Assembly (NCBI GenBank): GCA_018816985.1
Contig: JAHIVA010000021.1
Span: forward strand, 1-52,991
DNA length: 52,991 nt
Reading direction: 5' to 3'
DNA from: Patescibacteria group bacterium
GTDB taxonomy: Bacteria > Patescibacteriota > Minisyncoccia > Phycocordibacterales > UBA9973
Shown here: in pieces, positions 31,435 through 39,533 of the stretch
Position numbering within the stretch: the first letter of the stretch is position 1
How the letters are laid out: the number at the start of each line of letters is the position of its first letter
Translations under genes and position numbers: made by a program
The notes under the pieces: model-generated
Seen by the model: the letters and a program-made list of their open reading frames with translations, nothing else
What the model was told of the DNA's origin: nothing
Database searches by the model: none

Positions 31435-32199
31435 ATGTCTAAAAAAATAATTATTGGCAATTGGAAAATGAACCCACTTACTTTAAAAGAAGCGGAAAAA
31501 TTATTTTCTGGTATTGCTAAAGAAATATCTTCCATCAAAAAAACAGAAGTGGTAATTTGTCCGTCGTTTTTATACTTAGAAAAATTAAAAAAAATTAGAA
31601 CTAGTAAAATAAAACTTGGTGCACAAAATGCTTTTTGGGGTGAGGTTGGTGCTTTTACTGGAGAAGTGTCGGGAGAAATGCTCTATAATATTGGTGTTCA
31701 ATATGTGATTTTAGGTCACTCAGAAAGACGGGCCCTCGGAGAGAGTAGTAATGATGTAAATAAAAAAATAAAAGCTTCACTTGAAGCGGGTTTGATTCCA
31801 ATTTTATGTGTGGGGGAAAATATTCGTGACGAAAGTCATAATTATTTTAATTTTGTTAAAACAGAAATAGAAGAATGTTTAATGGGAGTTTCCAAAAACT
31901 CGATTTCAAAAATTATTATTGCTTATGAACCAATTTGGGCGATTTCTAGTACTCCCAATCGAAAAGATGCCACTCCAGCTGACTGCTTGGAAATGGTTAT
32001 TTTTATTCGAAAAATTATTTCTGATAAATTTAGAAAAGAAGCGTATCGTACTAAAATTATTTATGGTGGTTCGGTCAATGAAAAAGATGCTAAAGAGTTT
32101 TTAAAAAACGGTGGTGTGGATGGCTTACTTCCTGGTCGCGCTAGTCTGGATGTAAAAAAGTTTATAGAAATTATAAAAATATGCGAAGTCTTAAATTAG
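31435..32199 (+). CDS. tpiA: triosephosphate isomerase
   Basis: 254 aa. Motifs: IIGNWKMN, LGHSERR, AYEPIWAI and YGGSV. Confidence 0.92.
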   Translation: MSKKIIIGNWKMNPLTLKEAEKLFSGIAKEISSIKKTEVVICPSFLYLEKLKKIRTSKIKLGAQNAFWGEVGAFTGEVSGEMLYNIGVQYVILGHSERRALGESSNDVNKKIKASLEAGLIPILCVGENIRDESHNYFNFVKTEIEECLMGVSKNSISKIIIAYEPIWAISSTPNRKDATPADCLEMVIFIRKIISDKFRKEAYRTKIIYGGSVNEKDAKEFLKNGGVDGLLPGRASLDVKKFIEIIKICEVLN

Positions 32200-33200
32200 C
32201 AAAAAACTTAAGAGATAAAACTGTATTACTAAGAGTGGATTTTAATGTGCCTGTTAAAAACAGAAAAGTTTTAGATGATTTTCGTATTATTAAAGCTTTA
32301 CCCACTATTAGATTTTTACTCGAAAAAGGGGCAAAAATAATTTTAATTACCCACCTTGGTAAGGATGGTACAGTCAGTCTTGATCCAATAAAGAAGCATT
32401 TCTTTGCAATTTCAAAATTATCAAAAAATAAAATCACCTTTTTTGATAATATTAGAAAATTTTCTGGCGAAACAAAAAATGATGAAGTTTTTGCCAAAAA
32501 GCTTTCTCTCTTTGGAGACATTTATGTCAATGATGCTTTCTCGGTTTCTCATAGAGAACATGCTTCGATAGTAAAACTTCCTAAGTATCTTCCAAGTTTT
32601 GCCGGTTTTCAGTTTGAAGAAGAAGTGGAGAATTTATCGCATGTCTTTAAAAAAACGAAACATCCGTTCTTGTTTATTCTAGGGGGTGTCAAATTTTCTA
32701 CAAAAATGCCTTTAATAAAAAAATATTTAAAGTTAGCAGACCAAGTTTTTATAGGAGGAGCGCTAGCAAATGATTTTTTAAAGGCCAAGGGTTACGATGT
32801 AGGGAAATCTTTGGTTAGTGATAATAATTATGGAATTAGAGAATTATTAAAAAATAAAAAATTGATTTTACCCATAGATTTTATAAAAAAAGATAAAATC
32901 ATTTTAGATATTGGCAGTGAATCAGTAATAAAATTAGCTTCTTTAATAAAAAAATCAAAACTTATTCTTTGGAATGGACCATTAGGCAAATACGAAGCTG
33001 GTGGAGCAGAAGCTACAAAAAAAGTATTGAAATTGATTGCAATCTCAAAAGCGGAAAGTATTATCGGCGGGGGAGATACTATTGCTTTAATATCGGCAAT
33101 GAAGATGGAAAATAAATTTTCTTTCATTTCTACTGGCGGAGGAGCCACCCTTGATTACCTGGCCAATGGAACATTGCCAGGGATTAAAGCGCTCGAGTAA
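32181..33200 (+). CDS. pgk: phosphoglycerate kinase (compact, 339 aa)
   Basis: Motifs: LLRVDFNVP, NDAFSVSHR and ISTGGGATLDYL. It overlaps the end of tpiA by 19 nt. Confidence 0.85.
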   Translation: MRSLKLAKNLRDKTVLLRVDFNVPVKNRKVLDDFRIIKALPTIRFLLEKGAKIILITHLGKDGTVSLDPIKKHFFAISKLSKNKITFFDNIRKFSGETKNDEVFAKKLSLFGDIYVNDAFSVSHREHASIVKLPKYLPSFAGFQFEEEVENLSHVFKKTKHPFLFILGGVKFSTKMPLIKKYLKLADQVFIGGALANDFLKAKGYDVGKSLVSDNNYGIRELLKNKKLILPIDFIKKDKIILDIGSESVIKLASLIKKSKLILWNGPLGKYEAGGAEATKKVLKLIAISKAESIIGGGDTIALISAMKMENKFSFISTGGGATLDYLANGTLPGIKALE

Positions 33201-33642
33201 TTTGTTGAGCCAATCTTTTCAACTTTTTATCATCTGCTCTTTCGTAATCGTGAGATGAAATATATCCCTCATATTTTTTGAAGTATTTTTTTACGTTAGA
33301 ATTTACCGGTTTCCATTTTTTGTTTTTTGTACCATGCATAGGAAAAAGTTTTGCATGTACGTGATCTATTCCGAAGCCCTCAAAAATCATTCCTGTTCTG
33401 CCAACATTCTTAAGTTTTTCATCTAAAAGTTTTGCCACTTTTTTTGTAGCAATAATTAATTTTTTTAAAATATTGTCTGATAAGTTAAAAGCATAACTGG
33501 AATAATGTTTCTTGGTTATGACAACACTAAATCCTTCGGTATTTGGGAAAATAGATAAAAAAGCTAGATGGCTTTTATCTTCCCATATTTTATAGGATGG
33601 CACTTCTCCTTTCACTATTTTGCAAAAAATACAGTTTTTCAT
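33184..33642 (-). CDS. HIT-family protein with a degenerate histidine triad
   Basis: I start it at MKNCIFCKIVKGEVPSYKIWED, the typical HIT N-terminus. The triad region reads DHVHAKLFP (H-x-H-x-K). The listed start at 33687 would overlap recJ. Confidence 0.7.
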   Translation of the reverse strand: MKNCIFCKIVKGEVPSYKIWEDKSHLAFLSIFPNTEGFSVVITKKHYSSYAFNLSDNILKKLIIATKKVAKLLDEKLKNVGRTGMIFEGFGIDHVHAKLFPMHGTKNKKWKPVNSNVKKYFKKYEGYISSHDYERADDKKLKRLAQQITRAL

Positions 33643-33665
33643 ATTTATATATTCTATACTATCTA

Positions 33666-33674
33666 TGCTAAAAT
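33666..33674 (+). promoter_or_regulatory. extended -10 TGCTAAAAT, 7 nt before the recJ ATG (leaderless arrangement)
   Basis: TGCTAAAAT tcaattt ATG. Confidence 0.45.
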
Positions 33675-33681
33675 TCAATTT

Positions 33682-35334
33682 ATGCAAAAATATGGAGAAT
33701 TATTACGAATACTCTTGGCGAAGAGAGGAATTATTAATGAAAACCAAGCTTCAGTTTTTCTTAACCCAGACTATGAGCGAGATTTTTACGATCCATTTTT
33801 AATGAGAGATATGGAGAAAGCTTGTGTGCGATTATTTGAAGCAATAGAGAATAAAGAAAAAATAATAATTTATGCAGATTACGATTGTGATGGTATTCCA
33901 GGGGCAGTAATTTTAAGTGATTTATTTAAAAAAATAGGATATAAAAATTATGGAATTTATATTCCACAAAGAAATTCTGAGGGATATGGTCTTAATATTG
34001 ATGCGGTAAGGCAATTTGCTTTATCTAAAGTAAAATTATTAGTGGTCATTGACCTTGGCATTACGGCTGTTGCTGAAGTGGCGCAGGCAAAAGTAGATGG
34101 TATTGATGTGATAATTATTGATCATCATATCCCTCAGAAAGATTTACCTTGCGCTTGTGCGATTTTAAATCCTAAAATAGATAATTATCCAGAAAAAATG
34201 CTTTGTGGGGCTGGAGTAATGTTTAAATTTATGCAGGGTTTTATAAAAAAATATGGCGAGTTTTATAAAATAAATAAAGGTTTTGAAAAATGGATGCTTG
34301 ATATGGCTGGATTAGCCACGCTTTCTGATATGATTCCCCTTATAGGGGAGAGTAGGGCCATGGCGTATTTTGGAATGAAGGTTTTAAGAAAATCTCCTCG
34401 TTCGGGTTTGCAAAAACTTTTGGCAAAAATGAACATCGACCAAAAATATCTTACTGAAGATGATATTGGTTTTATGGTTACGCCACGTCTCAATGCAGCC
34501 TCACGCATGGATAATCCAATGCGAGCTTATGAAATTCTTTCAACATTAGACGAGGTAGAGGCATCCACATTGGCGAATCATTTGTCAAAAATAAATGACG
34601 AAAGAAAAAATCTTGTAAAGAGTACTATGCGTGAAGTTAATAAAAAACTAGAAACATACGAACATAAAGAAGTTATGGTTATTGGGAATCCAAAATGGCG
34701 AGTCGGGATTCTTGGTCTGGTGGCTGGAAAAATTTCTGATAAATATAAAAAACCAGTTTTTGTTTGGGGGAAAGATGAAAATGATTGTATTAAGGGATCT
34801 TGTAGAAGCGATGGCTCAGTATCAGTGGTAGAACTTATGACAAATACCCACGAATCATTTATAGACTTTGGTGGACATGAGCTAGCTGGGGGATTTACTG
34901 TTTTTAGTGAGAAAATTCATTTTTTAGAAGAAGCTTTGTCTTTTACTTTTAAAAAAGTTAAATATAAAAAAAAAGAAGCAAAGATAGCTTATGATATTCA
35001 GACTGATTTAAGTATAGTGAATATGAAAAACTGGCGTGAAATAGAAAAGCTGGCCCCCTTCGGACTTGGAAATCCAAAACCAGTTTTCCTTTTTAAAGGG
35101 GTAAATATCGCAAAAATTAAAAAATTTGGGAAAAATGGCTCGGAAGAACATTTGGAAATTACCTTTTCTGATTCTAGTCCGAACAAAGCTAAAGCCATTT
35201 CTTTTTTTTCTGATATTAATTCTTTTGAGAATACTTTAAAAGAAGGCTTGAGCGTAAATTTACTTGCCACTTTTGATTTATCTAGATTTAGAGGTAGAGA
35301 GGAGTTAAGATTAAGAATAGAAGATATAATATAA
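33682..35334 (+). CDS. recJ: single-stranded-DNA-specific exonuclease RecJ
   Basis: I start it at MQKYGELLRILLAKRGI. Motifs: IYADYDCDGIPG, VIIIDHH and a DHHA1-like GGHELAGG. Confidence 0.88.
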   Translation: MQKYGELLRILLAKRGIINENQASVFLNPDYERDFYDPFLMRDMEKACVRLFEAIENKEKIIIYADYDCDGIPGAVILSDLFKKIGYKNYGIYIPQRNSEGYGLNIDAVRQFALSKVKLLVVIDLGITAVAEVAQAKVDGIDVIIIDHHIPQKDLPCACAILNPKIDNYPEKMLCGAGVMFKFMQGFIKKYGEFYKINKGFEKWMLDMAGLATLSDMIPLIGESRAMAYFGMKVLRKSPRSGLQKLLAKMNIDQKYLTEDDIGFMVTPRLNAASRMDNPMRAYEILSTLDEVEASTLANHLSKINDERKNLVKSTMREVNKKLETYEHKEVMVIGNPKWRVGILGLVAGKISDKYKKPVFVWGKDENDCIKGSCRSDGSVSVVELMTNTHESFIDFGGHELAGGFTVFSEKIHFLEEALSFTFKKVKYKKKEAKIAYDIQTDLSIVNMKNWREIEKLAPFGLGNPKPVFLFKGVNIAKIKKFGKNGSEEHLEITFSDSSPNKAKAISFFSDINSFENTLKEGLSVNLLATFDLSRFRGREELRLRIEDII

Positions 35335-35336
35335 AA

Positions 35337-35810
35337 ATGAAAGAAAAAAATAATATAAAAATCTACACAGACGGGGCGGCGAAGGGGAATCCAGGACGGG
35401 CTGGTTGGGGAGTAATTTTTGTTATGGGGGAAAAAATTTTTGAAATTGGTGGTGGGGTGGAGCATGCGACGAACAACCAAATGGAATTAATGGCGCCCAT
35501 AGAGGCATTGAAACATATAAAATTACATTTCAGCGATAGCGTAAATGTGGAAATCGTTTCTGATTCAAAATATGTAATTTTGGGAATTACTGAATGGATT
35601 TTTAATTGGCAGAAAAATAATTGGCGCAATGCAGCTAAAAAGCCGGTTTTAAACCGCGAACTTTGGGAAGAACTCTATAAACTTGCACAAGAATTTAAAA
35701 TCAAATGGACTTATGTTAAAGGGCATAACGGACATAAATATAACGAAAGGGCGGACATTATAGCCACCAGCTTCGCTGAAGGTGAACCAGTAGAATTAAT
35801 TACCCCATAG
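35337..35810 (+). CDS. rnhA: ribonuclease HI
   Basis: 157 aa. Motifs: IYTDGAAKGNPGRAGWG, NNQMEL, SDSKYV and HNGHKYNERAD. Its last codons and stop lie inside the left hairpin of the RAYT unit. Confidence 0.9.
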   Translation: MKEKNNIKIYTDGAAKGNPGRAGWGVIFVMGEKIFEIGGGVEHATNNQMELMAPIEALKHIKLHFSDSVNVEIVSDSKYVILGITEWIFNWQKNNWRNAAKKPVLNRELWEELYKLAQEFKIKWTYVKGHNGHKYNERADIIATSFAEGEPVELITP

Positions 35811-35825
35811 GAAATTCCTATGGGG
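35803..35825. repeat. REP-like hairpin CCCCATAGG-aaatt-CCTATGGGG (left copy)
   Basis: 9-bp perfect stem with a 5-nt loop. It contains the rnhA stop TAG. Confidence 0.9.
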
Positions 35826-35827
35826 TA

Positions 35828-35836
35828 TGTTACTAT
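35828..35836 (+). promoter_or_regulatory. extended -10 TGTTACTAT, 6 nt before the transposase ATG (leaderless arrangement)
   Basis: TGTTACTAT tgatat ATG. Confidence 0.4.
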
Positions 35837-35842
35837 TGATAT

Positions 35843-36475
35843 ATGGCTGAACGTAAGCAAGTATTTGCAATAAACGAATATTATCATCTCTATAATAGGG
35901 GAGTGGAAAAGAGACTTATTTTCCAAGATAAACAAGATCGAGAACGTTTTCTTTTTTTAATGTATATATGCAATACGACGAGAAGTATAGCTTTACGAGA
36001 CATAGGAAAAAATTTTGACAGGAAAGAAACTATTGTAAACATAGGAGCGTATTGTCTTATGCCTAATCATTTTCATATTCTTGTTCGTGAAAAAACGGAT
36101 AGTGGCATTTCCACATATATGCGTAAGCTTATGACTGCGTATTCAATGTATTTTAATAAAAAATATAAACGTACAGGTAAATTATATGAAAATGTTTTTA
36201 AAGCTGTTCATTGCGACAATGATAACTATTTAAAATATTTATATTCATATATACACTTAAATCCGGCAAAATTAATTGACAAACATTGGAAAGAAAATAA
36301 AAATAGAGACGTAAGTTGTCTTTTGGAATATATTTTTTCTTTTCGTTATTCAAGCTTACATGAATATTTAGATTTTCAATATAAAATTATTAATCCAAAT
36401 TCATTTCCTGTATATTTCAAGAAACCCAATGAGCACAAAATGGAATTATTTAAATGGCTTGCTCTAACCCCATAG
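35843..36475 (+). CDS. REP-associated tyrosine transposase (RAYT) / IS200-like Y1 HUH transposase
   Basis: 210 aa. Motifs: YHLYNRG, CLMPNHFHILV (HUH) and YLYSYIHLNP (catalytic Tyr motif). Confidence 0.8.
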   Translation: MAERKQVFAINEYYHLYNRGVEKRLIFQDKQDRERFLFLMYICNTTRSIALRDIGKNFDRKETIVNIGAYCLMPNHFHILVREKTDSGISTYMRKLMTAYSMYFNKKYKRTGKLYENVFKAVHCDNDNYLKYLYSYIHLNPAKLIDKHWKENKNRDVSCLLEYIFSFRYSSLHEYLDFQYKIINPNSFPVYFKKPNEHKMELFKWLALTP

Positions 36476-36490
36476 GAAATTCCTATGGGG
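36468..36490. repeat. REP-like hairpin CCCCATAGG-aaatt-CCTATGGGG (right copy)
   Basis: Identical to 35803..35825. It contains the transposase stop TAG. Confidence 0.9.
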
Positions 36491-36512
36491 AGTATGTCTT
36501 GCGTGTATTTTT

Positions 36513-36521
36513 TGATAGAAT
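36513..36521 (+). promoter_or_regulatory. extended -10 TGATAGAAT, 6 nt before the GNAT ATG (leaderless arrangement)
   Basis: TGATAGAAT aaaatt ATG. Confidence 0.4.
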
Positions 36522-36527
36522 AAAATT

Positions 36528-37109
36528 ATGAATGAAGATATCTTTAAAAATCAAGAAAAATTGAATGTAAAAATAAGAATGGCTAAACCAGAAGACTGGA
36601 AAGAACTCAGAGATTTTAGATTGGAGATCATAAATAATGATGGAAAAAAAATGGGAGTGCAAGATGATGAAATCCCAGAAATAAAAAATAGAACCGATCA
36701 AGATTGGAAAAATATTTTTTTGGAAAAAGAAAATCAGTTTACTGTGGTGCTAGTGTCGACTGATTCTAAAATAATAGGAATAGGTCGCGCGGATCGTTGG
36801 GAGAAGGCTTGGTATTTGGGATATCTTTTTGTTAGGAAGGAATTTAGGGGGATAGGTTTGAGTTCAAAAATAACTGCTGCCCGTTTAAATGAAATACGAT
36901 CTCGTGGAGGCAAAGAAGTGTGGACTTTTATAAAAGAAGGAAATACAGAATCATTGAGAAATGCTCGATCGTTTGGTTTTGAAAAAGACAATACCTTTCT
37001 TCCAGAAGAATCTCAAGGTCTCGATAAAGATATTTGTAAAATGATACTAATAAACGTGAATGATCCAAAAGTGGTTAAAAAAATCGACGAAGTTTTAAAT
37101 GAAAGATAG
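36528..37109 (+). CDS. GNAT-family N-acetyltransferase
   Basis: 193 aa. LGYLFVRKEFRGIGLSSKI is an acetyl-CoA-binding motif A-like segment. Confidence 0.7.
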   Translation: MNEDIFKNQEKLNVKIRMAKPEDWKELRDFRLEIINNDGKKMGVQDDEIPEIKNRTDQDWKNIFLEKENQFTVVLVSTDSKIIGIGRADRWEKAWYLGYLFVRKEFRGIGLSSKITAARLNEIRSRGGKEVWTFIKEGNTESLRNARSFGFEKDNTFLPEESQGLDKDICKMILINVNDPKVVKKIDEVLNER

Positions 37110-38577
37110 AGTTTTTTATACAATTTGTTTTGGGTTTTTGTTGGGAGTGCTGTTGCGCTCTTTTGTTTTGGTGGATTTATATTTGGTTATTTTACTTGTA
37201 GTAATTACTGTTGCTTTATTTTTATTTTTTACGTTAATTTCAAAAAATAATTGGGGAATTTTAATTTCTATTTTTATTTTTACATTCTGTCTTGGAATTT
37301 TTAGGTTTAATATGGTGGATGTTCCGAATCCTGAGATTTTTGAGTCGCAAATAAGTCAAAAAGTAGTTATCTCGGGAGTTATTATGGATGAGCCGAGTCT
37401 TAAAGAAAATAATCAGCAACTAACAGTGGAGGTGGCTCTCCAAGGACTCGCCACAAAAATTTTATTATCTACCGATTTAGACGCGGATTATAAATATGGT
37501 GATGAAATAAATTTTGAGGGAATTTTAAAAAAGCCGGAGAATTTTATTACTGACCAAGGAAAAGAATTTGATTATGTAAATTATTTGCGCAAGGATGGAA
37601 TTTTATATGTGATGAGTTATCCAAAAATTAAAGTTATTTCGCAAGAAAATGGTAATTTGGTTCAAAATATCTTATTTTCTGTTAAAGAAAAATTTTTAGA
37701 AAAAATTAATTTTGCCATTACCGGCTCAGAAAGTTTATTAATGGGTGGACTTATTTTAGGAGAAAAATCATCCTTTGACCAAACTCTTCGTCAAAGCTTT
37801 ATAAATACAGGCACAATTCACATTGTGGCTCTTTCCGGATATAACATAACCATTGTAGCTGAATGGCTCATGAAATTATTTGCTCAAATATCAATTGCGT
37901 CAAAAAATTTTGGTATTGGTATGGGGATTTTTGCGATTATTTTGTTTATTTTAATGACTGGTGGTGGTTCTACTGCTATTCGTGCGGGGATAATGGCGAC
38001 TCTTGCTCTTGTCGCTCGGGCGACTGGACGAAATTACGATGTCGCTCGGGCGCTTATTCTTGCTGGTATATTTATGATTCTACTAAATCCATTTTTGCTT
38101 GTTTACGATGTTTCTTTCCAGCTTTCTTTTCTTGCCACGTTTGCTGTGATTTTTCTGGCGCCTAGAATTGAAAAATATTTTTTATGGGTACCAGATTATT
38201 TTAAACTTCGAGATATCATATCGGTTACTTGTGCCGCCTATATTTTTGTTTTCCCTTTTATCCTTTATAAGATGGGTAATTTTTCGCTGGTGGCTTTGCC
38301 GGCTAATGTTTTGATTTTACCTTTTATTCCTTTTACTATGATGCTTGGATTTTTGACTGGTTTTGTTAGTTTTTTTTGGCAGATATTGGCTATTCCCATA
38401 GGGTATATTTCATATTTATTTTTACATTATGAACTGGGAGTAATAAGTTTTTTTTCTCAACTTCCTTTTTCCTCATTCACTTTCCCTAATTTTTCACTTT
38501 TGCTGACGATTGCAATCTATGTTTATTTTATTTATAAACTTTTTGGCAAAATTATAAGAGAATTTTTCACATTGTAG
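37099..38577 (+). CDS. comEC: ComEC/Rec2 DNA-uptake channel: OB-like plus competence domains only
   Basis: 492 aa, polytopic. It contains TGTIHIVALSGYNITIV, the competence-domain signature. There is no beta-lactamase domain in this ORF. Confidence 0.8.
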   Translation: MKDRVFYTICFGFLLGVLLRSFVLVDLYLVILLVVITVALFLFFTLISKNNWGILISIFIFTFCLGIFRFNMVDVPNPEIFESQISQKVVISGVIMDEPSLKENNQQLTVEVALQGLATKILLSTDLDADYKYGDEINFEGILKKPENFITDQGKEFDYVNYLRKDGILYVMSYPKIKVISQENGNLVQNILFSVKEKFLEKINFAITGSESLLMGGLILGEKSSFDQTLRQSFINTGTIHIVALSGYNITIVAEWLMKLFAQISIASKNFGIGMGIFAIILFILMTGGGSTAIRAGIMATLALVARATGRNYDVARALILAGIFMILLNPFLLVYDVSFQLSFLATFAVIFLAPRIEKYFLWVPDYFKLRDIISVTCAAYIFVFPFILYKMGNFSLVALPANVLILPFIPFTMMLGFLTGFVSFFWQILAIPIGYISYLFLHYELGVISFFSQLPFSSFTFPNFSLLLTIAIYVYFIYKLFGKIIREFFTL

Positions 38578-38581
38578 TTAT

Positions 38582-39463
38582 ATGTTTGAACAACATAAAA
38601 AATTTACTAAAAAATACGGACTATTTATTTTCACTTTATTGCTTTTAGTAATAAATATTTTTCTTTTTCGCTTAGATTGGCAAAATTCTCACCGAGGGCT
38701 TACTTTTGCCATACTGGATGTTGGTCAAGGTGACGGGCTTTTTATTGAGTCGCCAGTTGGAACACAGATTATGTTTGATGGTGGGCCTCCGCGTAAGGTT
38801 TTAGGCCCACTTGCACAGGTAATGTCTCCATTTGATAAAAGCATTGATGCTTTAATTATTACCAATCCTGACGTAGACCATATTGGTGGATTTTTAGATA
38901 TTTTAAAAAAGTACAAAGTAGGCCTTGTCCTTGAATCGGGAGCCTTGACCGATTCTAAAACTTACCAGAGTCTTAGAGAAGAAATGAAAAAACAAAATAT
39001 TCCGGATATTTTAGCGAGAAGAGGAATGCGGTTAGATATGGGCGGGGGAGTAGTCATTGATATTTTATTTCCTGATCGGGATGTTTCCTCTTGGGCGACC
39101 AACGAAGGGTCTGTGGTGGCTCGTTTGTCTTATGGCAATACGTCCATTATGTTAACCGGTGACGCCACTTTAAAAACTGAGAAAATAATTCTTTCGGAAA
39201 ATTCAAAAGACCAACTTAAAAGCACTATTTTAAAAGTGGGACATCATGGATCACGAACCTCTTCATCGGGAGAATTTTTAAAAGCAATTGCACCAGCGTA
39301 TGCGATTATCTCAGATGGCAAAAAAAATAATTTTGGCCATCCTCACCAAGAAACCCTGGATGCACTAGCTCAAATTAGTGCCCAGATTTTTCGTACTGAC
39401 TTATTGGGTAATATAGTTATGAAATCTGACGGAAAAAATATGGTATTTTCATTTAAAAAATAA
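38582..39463 (+). CDS. ComEC-type metallo-beta-lactamase domain protein with its own N-terminal TM helix
   Basis: 293 aa. Motifs: ILDVGQGDGLFIESP, NPDVDHIGG, LTGDA and VGHHGS. It starts 4 nt after the comEC stop. Confidence 0.8.
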   Translation: MFEQHKKFTKKYGLFIFTLLLLVINIFLFRLDWQNSHRGLTFAILDVGQGDGLFIESPVGTQIMFDGGPPRKVLGPLAQVMSPFDKSIDALIITNPDVDHIGGFLDILKKYKVGLVLESGALTDSKTYQSLREEMKKQNIPDILARRGMRLDMGGGVVIDILFPDRDVSSWATNEGSVVARLSYGNTSIMLTGDATLKTEKIILSENSKDQLKSTILKVGHHGSRTSSSGEFLKAIAPAYAIISDGKKNNFGHPHQETLDALAQISAQIFRTDLLGNIVMKSDGKNMVFSFKK

Positions 39464-39489
39464 CCTCACCTTTTTGTTTTTTTTGTTAA

Positions 39490-39509
39490 GGAGAGGGGTT
39501 GGGGAGAGG
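39490..39509. repeat. homopurine mirror repeat GGAGAGGGG-tt-GGGGAGAGG
   Basis: Read directly. It is G-rich in an AT-rich spacer and overlaps the -35 position (TTGGGG, 17 nt from TATAGT) of the glyA promoter. Confidence 0.8.
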
Positions 39510-39518
39510 TCGAGTCTA

Positions 39519-39527
39519 TGATATAGT
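39519..39527 (+). promoter_or_regulatory. extended -10 TGATATAGT, 6 nt before the glyA ATG (leaderless arrangement)
   Basis: TGATATAGT gtcttt ATG. Confidence 0.45.
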
Positions 39528-39533
39528 GTCTTT

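Larger units (their letters stand above)
35803..36490 (+). mobile_element. minimal IS200/RAYT-like unit: identical hairpin, Y1 (HUH) transposase gene, identical hairpin
   Basis: The 24-nt ACCCCATAGGAAATTCCTATGGGG occurs at both ends, bracketing a single HUH/Tyr transposase ORF. Confidence 0.65.
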
